Below, piece by piece: positions 38,673-52,384 of a stretch of DNA of 64,000 nt (positions are counted from its first letter, which is position 1; each line of letters starts with the position of its first letter). Source of the DNA: Eremomyces bilateralis CBS 781.70 (Eukaryota); the NCBI GenBank assembly GCA_010015585.1, contig ML975149.1, one strand, 5' to 3'. The translations under genes were made by a program, and so were the position numbers. Below the pieces are notes generated by a model, which was given only the letters and a program-made list of their open reading frames with translations, was not told the origin of the DNA and did not search any database.

Positions 38673-41600
38673 ATGAGGTCCTCCATCGCTTGCGCTCGCT
38701 GTCGCCGGAGCAAGGTCAAATGCATCAACAACGGGGTCAACACCACGTGTCGTGCGTGTGAGACCACCGGACGAGAGTGCACCTACCCTTCTCCGGCTGG
38801 AGGAGGCGCCGGCGGCGGCGGTGGTGGATCGTCGATTGGCGGCGCAACCATCGGCCAAGTTCATCGAAGGGAAGAAGCTCCTGGTGCGCTAAATGGGTCG
38901 GAAAGAGGCCCGACGGACGATGTGCGCTCCCTTACCCCTTCGCCAGTCCGCGTGGAAGATTCAACTGACATGCTATCCCCTCGCAGCAAACCCCGAAACG
39001 TCAGCGGTTAAAGAGGACTAGTGTTGCGGGTGTAGTGCACCATGCTTCCGGCAGAGACGGCGTTCGCGCGGCGGTGGACGCCCTTGATCACAGTTTACTG
39101 ACCGCTCGGGTGTGGACTGAACTCGTATGAGCCCGAATAAAGCCGCGTCGGGATCCTTTCGCTAATAGTCGCCGTGTAGTTTGAGATATGGCAGCAACAT
39201 TTCTCCATCGACCTCCCCTTTCTCCATCCTCCGACCTTCTTGAAGCCGCTGCGTTCGGCCCCAATGCAACCACCCCAGCTTCCTTCACTGCCCAGTACCT
39301 CATCCCCTGACCACTCGACCCCTATCACCCCTCCAGCTTCGCCCCTCCTACTCTGCGCATTCCTTGCACTGACTTCTCGGTTTCATCCCGTTCTCGTGGC
39401 GCATCACTCTCCGTTATCTTCGAACCGCCCAAGCAACCCCTTGATCGCTGCCGAGTTTTACGCCGCCGCTGCGAGGTCCAGACTGGCTGGAAACCTCGGA
39501 GATGGCCTGGGAAGTCCGGATCTAGAACGCACACAAGCGTTGCTGATGCTCGCTCTGCACGACTGGGGCAGCGGCCAGGGTTCGAAAGCCTGGGTCGCCG
39601 TGGGGGTCGCCATCCGGAACGCGCAGATCTTAGGCCTTCAGTACGAGACGGAGCTGGACGACGAGCCATATGCACGATCTTTGCCGGCCGGATTGGAACT
39701 CGATCGACGTAACAGCCACTCGTCGGCCGCGGTTGGCAAGGACGACGCGTTCATCGAACAGGAGATCCGACGCCGCACCTTCTGGAGCTGCTTCGTCATG
39801 GACCGATATCTAAGCACCGGCAAGTTCCGACCGCTGATGTTAAACGTACGGGACTTCCGGATTCAGCTGCCGAGTAGCGAGCGAGCGTTCTTGTTCGGGG
39901 AGAAAGTTCGCACTCTGATGCTCACCGACGAAGCGGACGATTCCGATGGTCGTGCGGATATCCAGAAGATTTTGCATGGCGCTACTAACGGGGATCGCCA
40001 TCGCAGCTCGTCGGCCGCAGGCTCTACGGGTACCGTGCCGAGAAACGTGCCTGATCAGGATGATGGTGATTCTGGTCGATGGGAACTTGGTCAAGACGAG
40101 GGAATTGTGAGCCGGTACGTCAAATTAACCGATCTATACGGGAAAATCGTAAGATATTCTTGCGGGGGCGGCAGACGGTAAGTATTTCTTTTTCCTTTGA
40201 TCGCTGTTCCATGCACTGACTGTCATCCAGGCGGGACAAACCTTACCCACCATGGCATGAACGTTCCACCTTCGCGATGCTTCTCAAGCAAGTGAATCAG
40301 TTCCGCGACCGTCTTCCGCGAGATCTGACACTGACCTCCGCGAATATTTCTGCCCACGTCACGTCGCGCACATCCACTTCATATGCGCTTCTCCATGCCA
40401 CTTTGATCCTCTGCACCATGATCCTTCATCGGGAGTTCCTACCATTCCTGCCGCTGAAGCGCAATCAGACTGCGGCTTCCGGTGGGTTTCAAGTGGATGA
40501 ACTATCGGCACCGACCGGGTTCTACGAAGACAGCGCGAAGCAGCTATTCAAGAGCGCTCGTGAATTGATTGATCTGCTACAGACGTGTCAGGAATGGGGT
40601 TATGTGGTGCAGACCCCGATCGCTGGATTTGCCACGTACTTTGCTGCGCTGCTTGGTATGACCTCCACGGGTGTTATCGTGAGTTCCTACTAACCTTCCT
40701 TCAGGAGTCTATCGCATGCACTTCCCTTGGATGGATCCGGAGGGGAGTCTTCACGGAAGATCCACGGTTTCTCCTGGAATGGTGCCTGGAGATGCTCCAC
40801 GGCATGACACTCAAAACGATGTACACGGATTCCAGGCTACCCGCAAGGCCATTGAAATGGTCAGCAACACGAGGAAAGCCATGTCAATGGCGGATGGCTG
40901 GCTTAAAGCATTGCAAAAGACCCACTTATACTTTGTTAAGGCCAAGCGAGAGTTCCGGCGTTCATCGAGGTCCCCCCCAGGTACTGACACGAATTTCGCG
41001 TTCGGTGGGCGTCCTGGTCAGCTACGGGATGTTGCAGATGTCGAAAACACGGGAGATGTGCACATGCTGGACGTCCTCTTCAGCGAGCTCGTTGGACTGG
41101 ATAACGCTGATATGGAGATGGCTGAAGCCCCTGAGTCAGCCCGGATGCAGCCGGGCAGCGGGGAGATTGCGAGCGTTGGAAGCTCCGTCATCAAGAATGA
41201 CAACGGCGTGCACGACGGCACTCCTGATAGTGCATCAATGCGTCCAGAGCGGTGGAACGCAATCAACAGCGCTCCCGCTAGCTCCCTACCTCGACGGGAT
41301 TCTCTTCCACTACTAAACGGCGTACAGCCGTCGTTCAATCCCCTCTCCAACGCTCCCAACACTCAGTCCCCCCCTATCAACCAAGCCAGCCCCCACCAGT
41401 CCGACTCTTCCTCTCACCCGGGTCAGACGCTTCCTTCCATCGGGGCCTCGCCGATGATCTCTCCCGGTGGACCCGCCTCGCACAACCCGAACGCCACCAC
41501 GTTTCTCCCCCCCACCTATTCCGGCCAATCGAGCGGGTACCCTCAACAACCGCTCTACTCCCCGAAGCAGGTTGAACGTACGGTCCTCCCGCCACCCAAC

Positions 41601-41810
41601 ACGTCCCAGCCGCCGCCAACGCTGGCGCACGCGCCGTGGTCGATGGAGGTGCGGGAGACGTGGTTGAAGAGGCTCGACCTCCGCTTTACCGGCGACGACG
41701 TCTCCGCGTTCGTGGAGGGGAGCGATTGGTCCGAGTGGGCGCTTTTTGCTACGGACAAACAGGGTGTCGGTGGTTGGCTCCACCTGGTGTGGGGCGGTAG
41801 TGCATTGTGA
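38673..41810 (+). CDS. Zn(II)2Cys6 transcription factor with fungal-specific TF (middle homology) domain; start uncertain
   Basis: CARCRRSKVKCINNGVNTTCRACETTGREC binuclear cluster; EIRRRTFWSCFVMDRYLS; four introns. The frame is open upstream to 38379. Confidence 0.9.
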
Positions 41811-42319
41811 TGCTCATGTCGCCCGACTCCCGAGTCTCTATTGCTTATGTTAGGCGCCATTTATTTTCGTTGCAGACTGCTATTTAGGAGGATATGAACA
41901 AGGTGGCCCTGGACGTGGGATTCCAGCTGGCGGCCTTTTCCTGGGTTCTCTTATCCGGCACGGGGCATCAAAAGTCAAGTCCGATACCTGACAGGCGTTC
42001 GTTTGTGGCAATGCCAAAGGCCGATGCACCTGTCGTCCTAGGTGCGATGGTAAATATCGAGGTTCTCGACATGTTTACGGTAGTTGCCGATATATAGTAT
42101 CAGCTTAAAATGCAAACCTGATTCTGTATGCGATCCAGCTTCCGGAATACTTTTGCACGTGACAGGGTGACCCAATTATCCCAGTCGCGACTCCTGCTGC
42201 CGCTGCATGGATTTGACGCGCCGCCAACCTCCAACTTCTCCCCGCCAGGTCAACACAGCTTGGATTTATACACTCCACCCACGAATCTCCCAATTACCTC
42301 TCCACTTCCACCTACCAAT

Positions 42320-45300
42320 ATGGAGCAAGAGACACGCCTTGCCGAGCTACTGGCCGGTACTCACTCCCCTCACGAGACCACCCGCAGCTCCGCCGAAGCC
42401 CAACTCCAGCAATTATATTCCAACGATGCCTTCCCCATGGGCCTCGTGTCGCTGGCTTCGCACAACTCCTTCCCGGTGTCCGTCCGGCAATCGGCCCTGC
42501 TCTACCTAAAGACCTTCGTGCTCGGGTCCTGGACGTCACAGTTCGACGAATTCAAAGGCGAGGTGCTCGTGAGCCCGGAAAACAAAGAGCAGATTCGCCA
42601 GGCGATCTTGCACCTTGCCACGGGGCTGGAGGAGGAGAGGAAGATCAAGACCGCGGCCAGTCTCGTCGTCAGTCGGATCGCGCAGTCGGATTTCCCCGAG
42701 GAGTGGCCCGGTCTGCTGGACAGTCTGTTGCACACCATCCAGACCGGTTCCGACGCCCAACTCCACGGCGCCCTCCGAGTGATGGGCGACCTGGTGGACG
42801 ATTGCTTGAACGAGGAGCAGTTTTTCCGCGTCGCCCCCGACCTCGTGCAGGCGATCTATAATGTTGCCGTCAACGAATCCCGGAAAACTACCCTCCGAGC
42901 GCTGGCGGTGAATGTGTTCCGGGCCTGCTTTGACATCCTGGAGATGGTGGTGGAGGACCATAAGGCAGCGGTCAAGGCGTTCGCGGACGAGACGCTAAGA
43001 GTGTGGATACCGTTCTTCTTGGACACCCTGCGCAAGCAGTTGCCTCTACCGCCCGCCAATGAGGAGGGGAAGGATTCCGTGGCCTTCGAGGCATATCGAG
43101 GATTCGTAGCTCTGAAGCTCCAAGTCGTAAAAGTCTTAATGCGCGTACGATCCGTTTTCCCTTCAAACCTCGCCCCCCACAGTCCGACGCTATTCTCCTC
43201 CGTGTGGGAAGAGCTCAACGTCCTTCAGTCTTCCTACAGCTCCATGTACATCGAAAACGAACACCAGAGTCGGCTAGAAGATGCGGACAACCTTCCATAC
43301 ACCCTCGACTTCTTAGTCCTCGAAGATCTAGACTTCATGCAAGCCTGTCTTCGAGCGCAACCTGTCAAGAAAGAGCTAGAGAAGAGGCTTTTCGAAGGCG
43401 GTGAAGGGACGAACTGGTTGATCGAAGTCGTGAAGCTAGCCGTCGAGTATGCACAGATCACAACCGAGGAAGAGGGCATGTGGAACCTCGACGTGAACGT
43501 GTTCCTCTCTGAAGAGACGAGCGTCACTGCAAATTACACTCCTCGAACGGCATGCGGTGACCTCGTCATCAAATTGGGTGAATGGCAGACGAACGCTACC
43601 GTCGAGGGGCTCCTGTCGCGTACGAGGTCATTATACTCCAGCGGTCACAGCTGGAAAGGGAAGGAAGCGGCTCTCTACATCTTGAATCAACTCCTCATCG
43701 ACTTCCAGGATACGAATAAAAACATCGGTTCCTCGGCAGCCACCGGGTTTGTTGATTTCATTCGGCATGCCATGGGCGAGTCCGAGGAGTTTCTGCGGGC
43801 CAGAGGCTACTTGGTCGCCGGCAGTTTGATCCGTGCATCGGGAGAGACTCTTTATGAGGTGCGTCCTTCGTTTATGGAGATGACGATGCACGCGATGGCA
43901 CACGACTCGTCGGAGCTCGTCAAGGTCTCTTGCATCCGGGCATTGCAGTGCTACCTTTCAAGTGTTTCTGGCGACTCAATTGTCCCTGTCCAAAACGCCA
44001 TCGTCTCGGCTATATCCGACTACTATTCCTCGCAAGATTTCCAAGAGCTGGCCGAGGGAGAAGATATCATGGTCACAATCGTGGAGACGCTCCGCGACAC
44101 GATCACCCTGGACGCGAGAACCTGTGTCCATGGCACTGGGTTGGATCTTCTCTTTTCTATCGCCAGTCACGGAGCGAGCAACTATAATGTCACAATCTTG
44201 GTGGAGGAGACGTTCGTGGATATTGTCGATAGCATATCCAGGGTGGGTGGAGAAGCTTACGTCCAGCTCTGCGGTAAAGTCCTTCCGTCCCTAATGGCAG
44301 CGATCGATATCGGCAACCTGACCGAAGAGAATGCTCTCACAAACCTCGCGTCCAACCTCCTCAACATCCTGACGGAGCAAGGCTCCGAACCATTACCCCA
44401 AGGCTTTGTTGCGACAGTCATGCCGAAACTCAACCGACTCCTCCTCAACTCCTCCGATGAAGAGCTTCTGCGTTCCGCAACGTCCGCGGTCAAGAACATG
44501 CTCATTCACGACTACAAGCAAGTCTTTGAATTCCGAGACGAGTCGAACAAAGGCGGCCTTGAGGTCGTGCTCATCATCATTGACCGCCTGCTCAGCCCAT
44601 CGGTCGACGAGAACGCCGCCGAAGAGGTCGGCGGCATGGCTGCAGAGGTGGTCGAAAAGGCGGGCGCGGAAAGGCTCGGTCCCTATCTTATGCAGTTGCT
44701 TCGGGCAGTCGCGATTCGCCTTGGAAGTGCAACGAAGACGCAGTTCATGCAAAGTTTGATCCTCGTCTTCGCCCGCCTATCGTTACAGAACGCACAGGAC
44801 GTTGTCGAGTTCCTCGCCCAGGTGGAGATTGGCGGGGAGAACGGACTGCAGGTGGTGATGAGTAGATGGCTGGAGAATTCGGTCAATTTCACCGGTTACG
44901 ACGAGATCCGGCAGAAGTATGTTCCTACGTCTTTTCCAAACCCATCCGGAACAGCGCTCATTGCCATTCTTACCTAATAGTGTCATCGCTCTCTCGAAGC
45001 TGTATAACCTCAACGATCCTCGATTGTCGCAGCAAATCACGGTCAAGGGCGATCTCATCGTCGATCCCCAAAGCGACCGTATCATGACGCGATCCAGAGC
45101 CCGGAAAAGTACGTCCCCATTTCTATTCTCCTGCGCATGGGAGTGGCTGTCCGGCGCCCCTCCGTTCTATCGGTTCGAAGACGACGATGATGAAATGGAC
45201 AAGGCAGTCAAGAGTAGTGTATTTACCTGTCAAGTGTGAAGTCTCTAACCCTTTGTAGACCCCGATCAATTTACGATCATTCCAGCGCAATTCAAGATTA

Positions 45301-45673
45301 TCAAAGTGCTGGTTGAAGAGCTCTCCTCTGCCAGTGGGGGCCATCAGGCTCTTGACTCGTCCACACTAGCAAATCTCGACGAAGCCGGTTCAGATGATGA
45401 TGAATGGGAAGATGAGCCTGACACACTTGATCTGGGAGCCGGTATGACGAAAGAAGGTATATTACTCATTGAGGAAGTCGAGTTTCCATCGCTGATGCCA
45501 ATAATTCAGAGTTGATGCGGTTTGGCGACGATTCGGTTGGTCGCGTCCGTGACGATCAAACGCAGGCCTACCTCACGCAATTCTTCCGAGAGGTTGCCAG
45601 CAAACCCGGATTCACAGAAGCATTCAACGCCCTCACTCCCGAGGAGCAGGACAAACTTCGGTCTTGCAGTTGA
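42320..45673 (+). CDS. KAP114: Importin-9 / karyopherin Kap114 family
   Basis: IBN_N region (VRQSALLYLK, IAQSDFPEEWPGLL), ANYTPRTACGDL, VKGDLIVD...RIMTRSRARK, acidic DDDEWEDE; three introns in the 3' part. Confidence 0.9.
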
Positions 45674-46106
45674 ATGCTAGCACAGAGGAATAGATGTAGA
45701 ATACGTAGTCTAAAGTCGTCACACGGGTCTGAAGAATTGGATACTAGTTGTGTGGCGCTGCATTGCATGGAGCGAAAACAACAGGATATGCGGAACTAGC
45801 GGTGCTGCAGTCTGTGTTGCACTGTCAATAGTGGAGACTAGATCAAAATCCGATTCGACTCTCCAGCTTCGAGATTCGCGGTGGGTATTGCATCACTTTG
45901 CGAGCGACATTGGGTAGAAGTGTGAATATCACGCGTAGCAGCTTTTTTATTGTGCTCATTCAAGTCTATAGCGTGCCTCATCCCCATCGGGTCTCGAGCA
46001 TGCTCCACGCTCGTCCCTAATGTTCGTGACATACAACGAATACCTTACGCCGTTTCCGATGCCATCAGAAGAAATCGCCGGCTGTTCTTCCTTTGCCATT
46101 GACCAT

Positions 46107-47323
46107 TCAGTCCCGATTATCAGCCTCGGGGATCAGGTTGCCCCGCACCGCGAACATCTTCGCACTCGCGCCCGCTGCAAACCCATCCACCTGCCTGGCA
46201 TACTGCTCGATCTGCCTCGAATTCACCATGATCTCCAAACGGCTCGGCTCAACTGGCAGCTTGAACAGTCGCTGCCACTCGTCTTCAGGCAACGGCGCCT
46301 GCTTCGCCGCAACGCGTGCCGCATTCTCTGCTTTTCGCTTCGCCTGCCAGGCGGTGATCTTGCTCTGCTCCCGGGCCAAGGATCGCTGGTAGTACTGGTG
46401 GTTGTTGAGCTCGGTGTGGTGTGTTTCGATGGATTCCAGGAGGAGGTCGGATGTTTTTTCAAGGAACGGGTCGATGCTGAGGTCGAGGGCGGCGAAGTTA
46501 GGGGCGAGGGGTCCGGCAGGAGCATTGGCTTGGAGGGCATCAAGAGTGGGGGGTATGGAGAGTTCCTCGGTCGGTACGGGGGCAGGGAGCTGGTGAAGGA
46601 GAGAAGTGATGAGGTGAGAGTTGTGGATGGTAACCGGGAGTTCGACGAGGATGTCCTGGTAACGGAGATTGGATTTTTGAAGACTGCATGTGTCAGTGAG
46701 GCGTGGTGTGAAATAGAGCCGATCCCTTACCTCTCAACCGTGAACTTCCCTTCCCGGTATGCGGTCATGAATGTGGAAGATAGCCTGAAAGCCTTCAGGC
46801 TCAAAGCACCCTGCGAGCTCCGGCCCACGTCATGGACGAGGGCCACGGTCTTCTCGTTTATCTCCTTCTGGTAGAAGAACTGGTTCTCGATCGTGTTCTG
46901 GGAGATGAAGTTGCCCATGGTCGTGCTCATATACCATCCGGCATTGTTCGCATCGACGTTGACCTCCTTGAAGAGCCGAATCATCTCATTCTGGTATCCC
47001 GTGTTCGCCTTCGCGCGTGGTGCCGCCGTGGCAAGTGAGGAGGCGGAATCTTGCTGGCCGTCCGCTGGAGCGTTCACGGTCGGGAAGGTGAAGCAATTTG
47101 TGATCTGCAGGACCCCGTTCACGTCCAGGCCGACTAATGCACCGGTAGCAATGGTCGGATGTTGCTGCGATGAGTGCTTTATGATCTTCATGACCGCCTG
47201 GAAAACTCATTAGCGTGACGTTCGATCCGACATCCGATGGTGGTCTCATACCAAAGCCTCAACTTGGACAGCGCGTAAGGGCGAGTCCCTCATGGGAGGC
47301 GCATCGGTCCGTGGTCTCGCCAT
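46107..47323 (-). CDS. eIF3h: Eukaryotic translation initiation factor 3 subunit H
   Basis: [78 protein letters not shown]; two introns, frame checked. Confidence 0.95.
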
Positions 47324-50215
47324 GATGGAAGTTGTGGAATGTTCGCTGAGAGGATCCCAAGTCGTAGATGCGACAACGTAGGATGTGCGACGGTGTATCT
47401 TCTGTTCAGTTGGAAGTGGAAATTCTTGCCAAGAAACGTGGGGCAAGCGAGATCCAGGCGCTAAGGCTGAAATCTCAATATCGACCGCACAGGCAAACCC
47501 AGAGACTTCAACGTCTGATGATATGTTCTCTAGGTAATTCTTGATGGTCAGACTTGATCAGACTTACGATTAAGAGAGGTATAATATGAGAAATGAGAAT
47601 GATAACAAGAGGAATTGAGGCGTGGATGCCAAGAAAAGTGTTGGGGATTCATAATGCTGGTGAAGTGAAAGTGCTTGACTGATAATGAACGTCGACGACA
47701 TGAATTCGCCTCACATCGGTTGGCAACGAACGGGTGAAAGTTGGAATAAAGACAGTTCCTTTTGAGCTATTGAGCGTGTTAATTATCTAGGTTGTTAAAT
47801 CCTGGGCCCTCCGTGCTCAGAACCATCGGAAACGGCTAACAGAGCAGATTCCCACTGCTTGTCAATCTACGTCCGGTCTTCCTGCGGCATATGAGGGGCG
47901 CAGACACCAGTAGAGACGTTGGAGTATATGGCTTAGGGTTGTGACATCCTTCCAGATTTGGAATCTCAACAGTTTATTGCAAATTGAAGCCAACACTTCT
48001 ATTCCGGAAGTCTCCGACATCGTACACTCATGATGTTAGATTGACCGTCCAGAGTTTACTGGCCAACTGATTCTAGACAAATGCATAAATATAATTTCTA
48101 TGGCCCTCATCAGTCGATATACGGTCCAAGTATTCGTGTCCGTCTCGGTGCCGTTCAGTCGGCACCAGTGCCCCTAAGCAGCAATCAGGGACAACGACAC
48201 TTTCTAGAAGGCAACGTACGAGCATCCCATAGTTTAATGAGACAGAATAAACTATCCAAGGTACTTAAACTGAGGATCTCCCATCTAATACCCACGCTGA
48301 CCAACCTGACCCCCCAAGATATGGAAAGGTTTTTGTCGCCCATGAAGGGGAATAGGTCAGTCCATCGCATTGATGTTGCGGACGTTCTATTGGACGGGAA
48401 TAGGTAGGTCTTCTATGGTGGGCGGCTTCAACTAGTGCGGTATGTAGTTACGTGCACTCGTTGATTCAACACTAGATCTAGAAAAGCACCGTCGGGGCCG
48501 GTAGATGCGGATGTCGGTGGAAGGATTGCGCATACAGCGGCCAAATAAAGTTCCTGGATGATGAATAGATGCTAATTACAGAAGTTCGTCCATTGAGCCT
48601 TGCCGTGAAGGTATCCAGTGGTGATAATCTCTCGTCGGTTAGATGAACTTAGCCAACCCGCATGTCGGCTGGGAAAATCGCGCAAATGTTACCGGACAGG
48701 CCAGACAAAGCGGTATTTGAAATGTCGAACCTGAAGTGGAGTGTCACAATAGTGTGTCACATCAGATCGCTGGACTGGGTGGTTCCCATGGTGACAAATC
48801 ATCTGCCCGCCTTTAGGCATCATTCGGCACGGTGACATAATCGCCATATGGCTACTTTTGCTCGGAGATAGTGCCGGTATGCTGGAAACAACTCGGCCCC
48901 GCGAGTTAGGCTTCTTCCAAGCTCTTGCAGGTTGGGGCACTTGAAGAGATAGTTCCGGTCGACAAAGGTGTGGAAGCATCCACCTTGGAGGAATCCCTTG
49001 TGCTACATCCGTCAATTCCGAAGTAGTACTTTCAATGATAATAAGCCGCTCAGTGTGTTACTCATCAGGACATTCACCGCTACCTGCAGTGCCACTCAGA
49101 AAGATTTGGCCCTCCTATCTCGAGACTGCATGGCAGTAAAGACGATTCTGAAAGGTTCCATGTGTGACTGCCTAGATTCTCCGCAAACCATCTATTCGGA
49201 TATGGTAACGGGAAGGCAACATGACTTTCTCTCCCATGATTCTCGCTTGTCCAGTCCTATAATTGCCTTCGAATTGCTTCTAGAAGCACCCCTTCAGGGA
49301 CTGCCTTCTGTTGGTCACTGGCCTGAGTCCCGCATAGGCAGTGTTGAACTGGTGGTGGCTTGCATCAAAGAAAATATCTCAAGCAGAAGAAAATGCCCCA
49401 CAGGTGGGCTTGCCGAGCCAAACGGTCTTCTTCAAATTTACGAGAAGTTGGATGAGATCGGAGCAAGACGCCAAAGTATCCGTGACAGATCCAGGTGAAC
49501 CTCTCTCGACTGCGTCGGAATCCGGAGATACCGTTGTTATCAGGCTTCTTCGTTGGATGATGCAGAGGAGGCTTAGTGGCAGACCAGGAGCGCGAACGGA
49601 TCCTGATCAAGGTGGCTGGCATACAATTTTTTCTTGTACAGTCGTACTAGATAGCAGTGGTATACGCAGTGCTCGACCGGTGACGCGTTCTCAGGAACGG
49701 GAGAAGTCCTATACCGACCTTACGACAGACCGGAGATCGATTCAGCCGCCGGGTTTCGCTCCGCTATCAGATCATTCACGGACCATGGCAATTGCCGTTT
49801 CGGGTTCTTCAAGAGAACTGAGGGTTTCGTTCTGGCAGCACCATCGGGGAGGGACCTAGCTCTGATCTTCATGGAGCCTGGACTCCGGAGAATCAGGATG
49901 AAATGCATCGACGCGCCAGTTGGCAATCATCCGAGACGTATTTAGATGTGGTGGCCCCGCAGCTGACGGCAGGCAATAAGATTTTAACCATATTATTAGA
50001 GTTAGATTTCCGAGGAGATGATTTGTCGGGGGCGGGTTGGCGGTGAGGCGGAGTCGAGGTAAAAGTAATAAAAGTGCTGATATCAGAGGCTTGGTTCTGA
50101 TCCTTGCGGCGACCTGGACGATGCGAATTGCGAAGTTGTGGCAGCCAACATGACACCAGGTAATATAATAAATACGGTACTAAGGGGAGACTTGGGGCAC
50201 ATAAGTTATTTTAAT

Positions 50216-50310
50216 ACTTACTAAGTAAGTTACTAAGTTAGACCATGGACTTACTTGGTAAGTAACTACTTACAGTAAGTAACGGACCGGTATGCAAGGC
50301 TTGCGCAAGC
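50216..50310. repeat. Cluster of short palindromes / bZIP-like sites
   Basis: ACTTAC-TAA-GTAAGT (50216-50230), ACTTAC-TTG-GTAAGT (50249-50263), ACTTAC-A-GTAAGT (50268-50280), perfect palindrome GCTTGCGCAAGC (50299-50310). Confidence 0.7.
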
Positions 50311-51371
50311 AGAGTTATAATTTGGGTAACTAATCATTTAACATTCTCTTGGTTTTCAAATCACTTGTCGCAATTTCATATTGTCGGATGGCCCTCCCAC
50401 CTGTGGAGTGTGGAGTGTGGACCTATCGGCAGCCCCGACGCTCTAATTCATTATTCAGCCCTACTAGGGGGCAGGGGGACCAGACGATTTGAGCCACAGA
50501 CGGACGATTACGACGGAATACAGTCTTGGTATTAACTACAGGTAATTAGGATCACGAAACGGTACAGCCGTTAATCCTGATGCCGCAATGCCGCAACTAG
50601 TATGATGGGGATAGACAACCAGGAACGCTGCACAGCATCCCGAAGTGGCGTGTCTCTATTCTGCACAGGAAGGGTGACGACCCGCGAGCGGCGAGCTTGA
50701 GCGGGCGACTCTCAGGGCGGAAGCTAATGGATGATGCGGCCATTTTCTCGGGGGAGGGCTGAGAAATTGAAACGAAGGAGCAGATGGCCACCGGGGATAA
50801 GGAATATGGAAGCTCCGAATTCTCCATTTAGCAGGTGCACGACCTCCAATCATTTCAATAGAAACATCAAACATGGCAACTCCGTACCATGCTTTCGGGC
50901 TTTTCGGCTGAGCAATCAGGATGTAGCTTGCAGGTGAAACGGCGTTAATTTTTGTCTCGCGACATATGTTGATCCTCCAAATATTCGTTTAAAAAGTAGT
51001 CTTTCTAATCATCAGTTCGTAAAATTTGGTCCGGTGCGGAATTCCATCTACCCTACGATTCCAACACCGGCTGTGTTCCCCCCTGATTCCCCGGCTTGGG
51101 GGCCAAACCATCCCCAGTAAAACATGAATAAACTCCGAAGCCATGCAACGCTCGAAGTCTCGCCTTTAAAGCCGATAGCTCTAATTACAAATCGTAAATG
51201 CAACAACGTACGGAACCAACCATGCAATGCTAAGCGAGTGCCATCGCTAATGATATCAACATCAGTCGTAGTGGACACGACCAAGATAAAGCGAACGTGG
51301 TGTGGTATGATACACTGTCAAAGCACGTCCCGTTCGCAGGACAGATGCTAGACAGATGCCAAAAGAGGCTT

Positions 51372-52384
51372 TTAATAGAGGTGGATTGCCGGGGTGCTCG
51401 GCATGGATGCCGGAGTAGCGGGGAAGGCGGACGAAGATTCTGGAGGAGAACCAGAGTTGGAAGGGTTGAAGGAATCCGACAAAGGTGGCGTCTATCATGG
51501 CAGTTAGCATCCCGCAGTACAGATCGCGTGGCAACGCGCCGACCCCAAGATGGGGCTGAATGGGAGGCCTTACCTGCGGATTTGATCCTTGATATGCATG
51601 TGCAGTAGAGATGTCGATGCCGGCAAGAGAAGCATAGCTCATGCTGAATGGATTGATTTCCTCTTCGGGGTATAGATCGTGCTTTGGCGGGGTGGAGAAG
51701 CACATTGCTGGGAGTGACGACGCGTAGGTGACGCCTCCAAGGTACGGGGCGAAGAGGGGCACTTCGCTTCCGCTGGTTGCGATGGCGGGATAGGTGGAGT
51801 AAGAAGTATATGGCAGCGACTCAACGGTGTAAGTGGTCACCGGGTATGTTGATGCTGGGTAGCCACTGTGGCCCGGGGAATACGAGAAGGGTGGAGGCGA
51901 GGTTGAAATTTGACGCGAGTATTGATGCGAGAACATGCTGCCATCATCACTGGCCGACGACAAATACTGATGGCTTAGCTCGGGAGTTTGCCGTAGCTGA
52001 TCGGAACCTAGGAGGGGCGAAGTGGAAAGTCGTTGGTAGGAATCATCGCCTTGTTGGGAGTTCGACATGTCGAGTTCGGCGTGTGACTGTTCCGGAGACG
52101 CGGAATTGGAAGCAGCTCGCCTCTCCAGGTCTTCCAGGCGCTTCTTCAGCTTCTTTCCTGCGGTCCAGGTTAACAAGGGACCCATCCTGACATGCGACGA
52201 GATACATACGGTAGTTCCGTTGAGCAATTCGGTTTTGAATTCGTCTTCTTTCAGCGAGGTCTGAGATCTTAGTCCAATCTTCATTGGGATTGGCACTGGC
52301 ACTGAAAGCGCTACTTGTCCCTGAGTATCGTTGTGTCGGTGGTGCAAGCTGTGGAGCGTATGCGTAGGCAGGGTGTTGGTGCAT
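51372..52384 (-). CDS. bZIP transcription factor (EDWTKISDLAERRRIQNRIAQRNYR type), 3 exons
   Basis: Basic region ERRRIQNRIAQRNYR|KKLKKRLEDLERRA spliced across an intron; NPFSMSYASLAGIDI; last exon TPPLSDS... to TAA at 51374-51372. Confidence 0.9.

Noticed and set aside
45109..45259. Long KAP114 intron with ATGATGA (C-box-like)
   Set aside because: No CTGA D-box downstream within the intron, so a snoRNA is not supported.
46548..46553. Suspected frameshift in eIF3h at the G6 run
   Set aside because: Recounting gives CCC CCC in frame on the minus strand, so the gene is intact.
46020..46874. 284-aa plus-strand ORF
   Set aside because: Antisense shadow of eIF3h.
48081..49859. Overlapping 100-176 aa ORFs between eIF3h and the bZIP gene
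   Set aside because: No recognisable domain or consistent exon structure.
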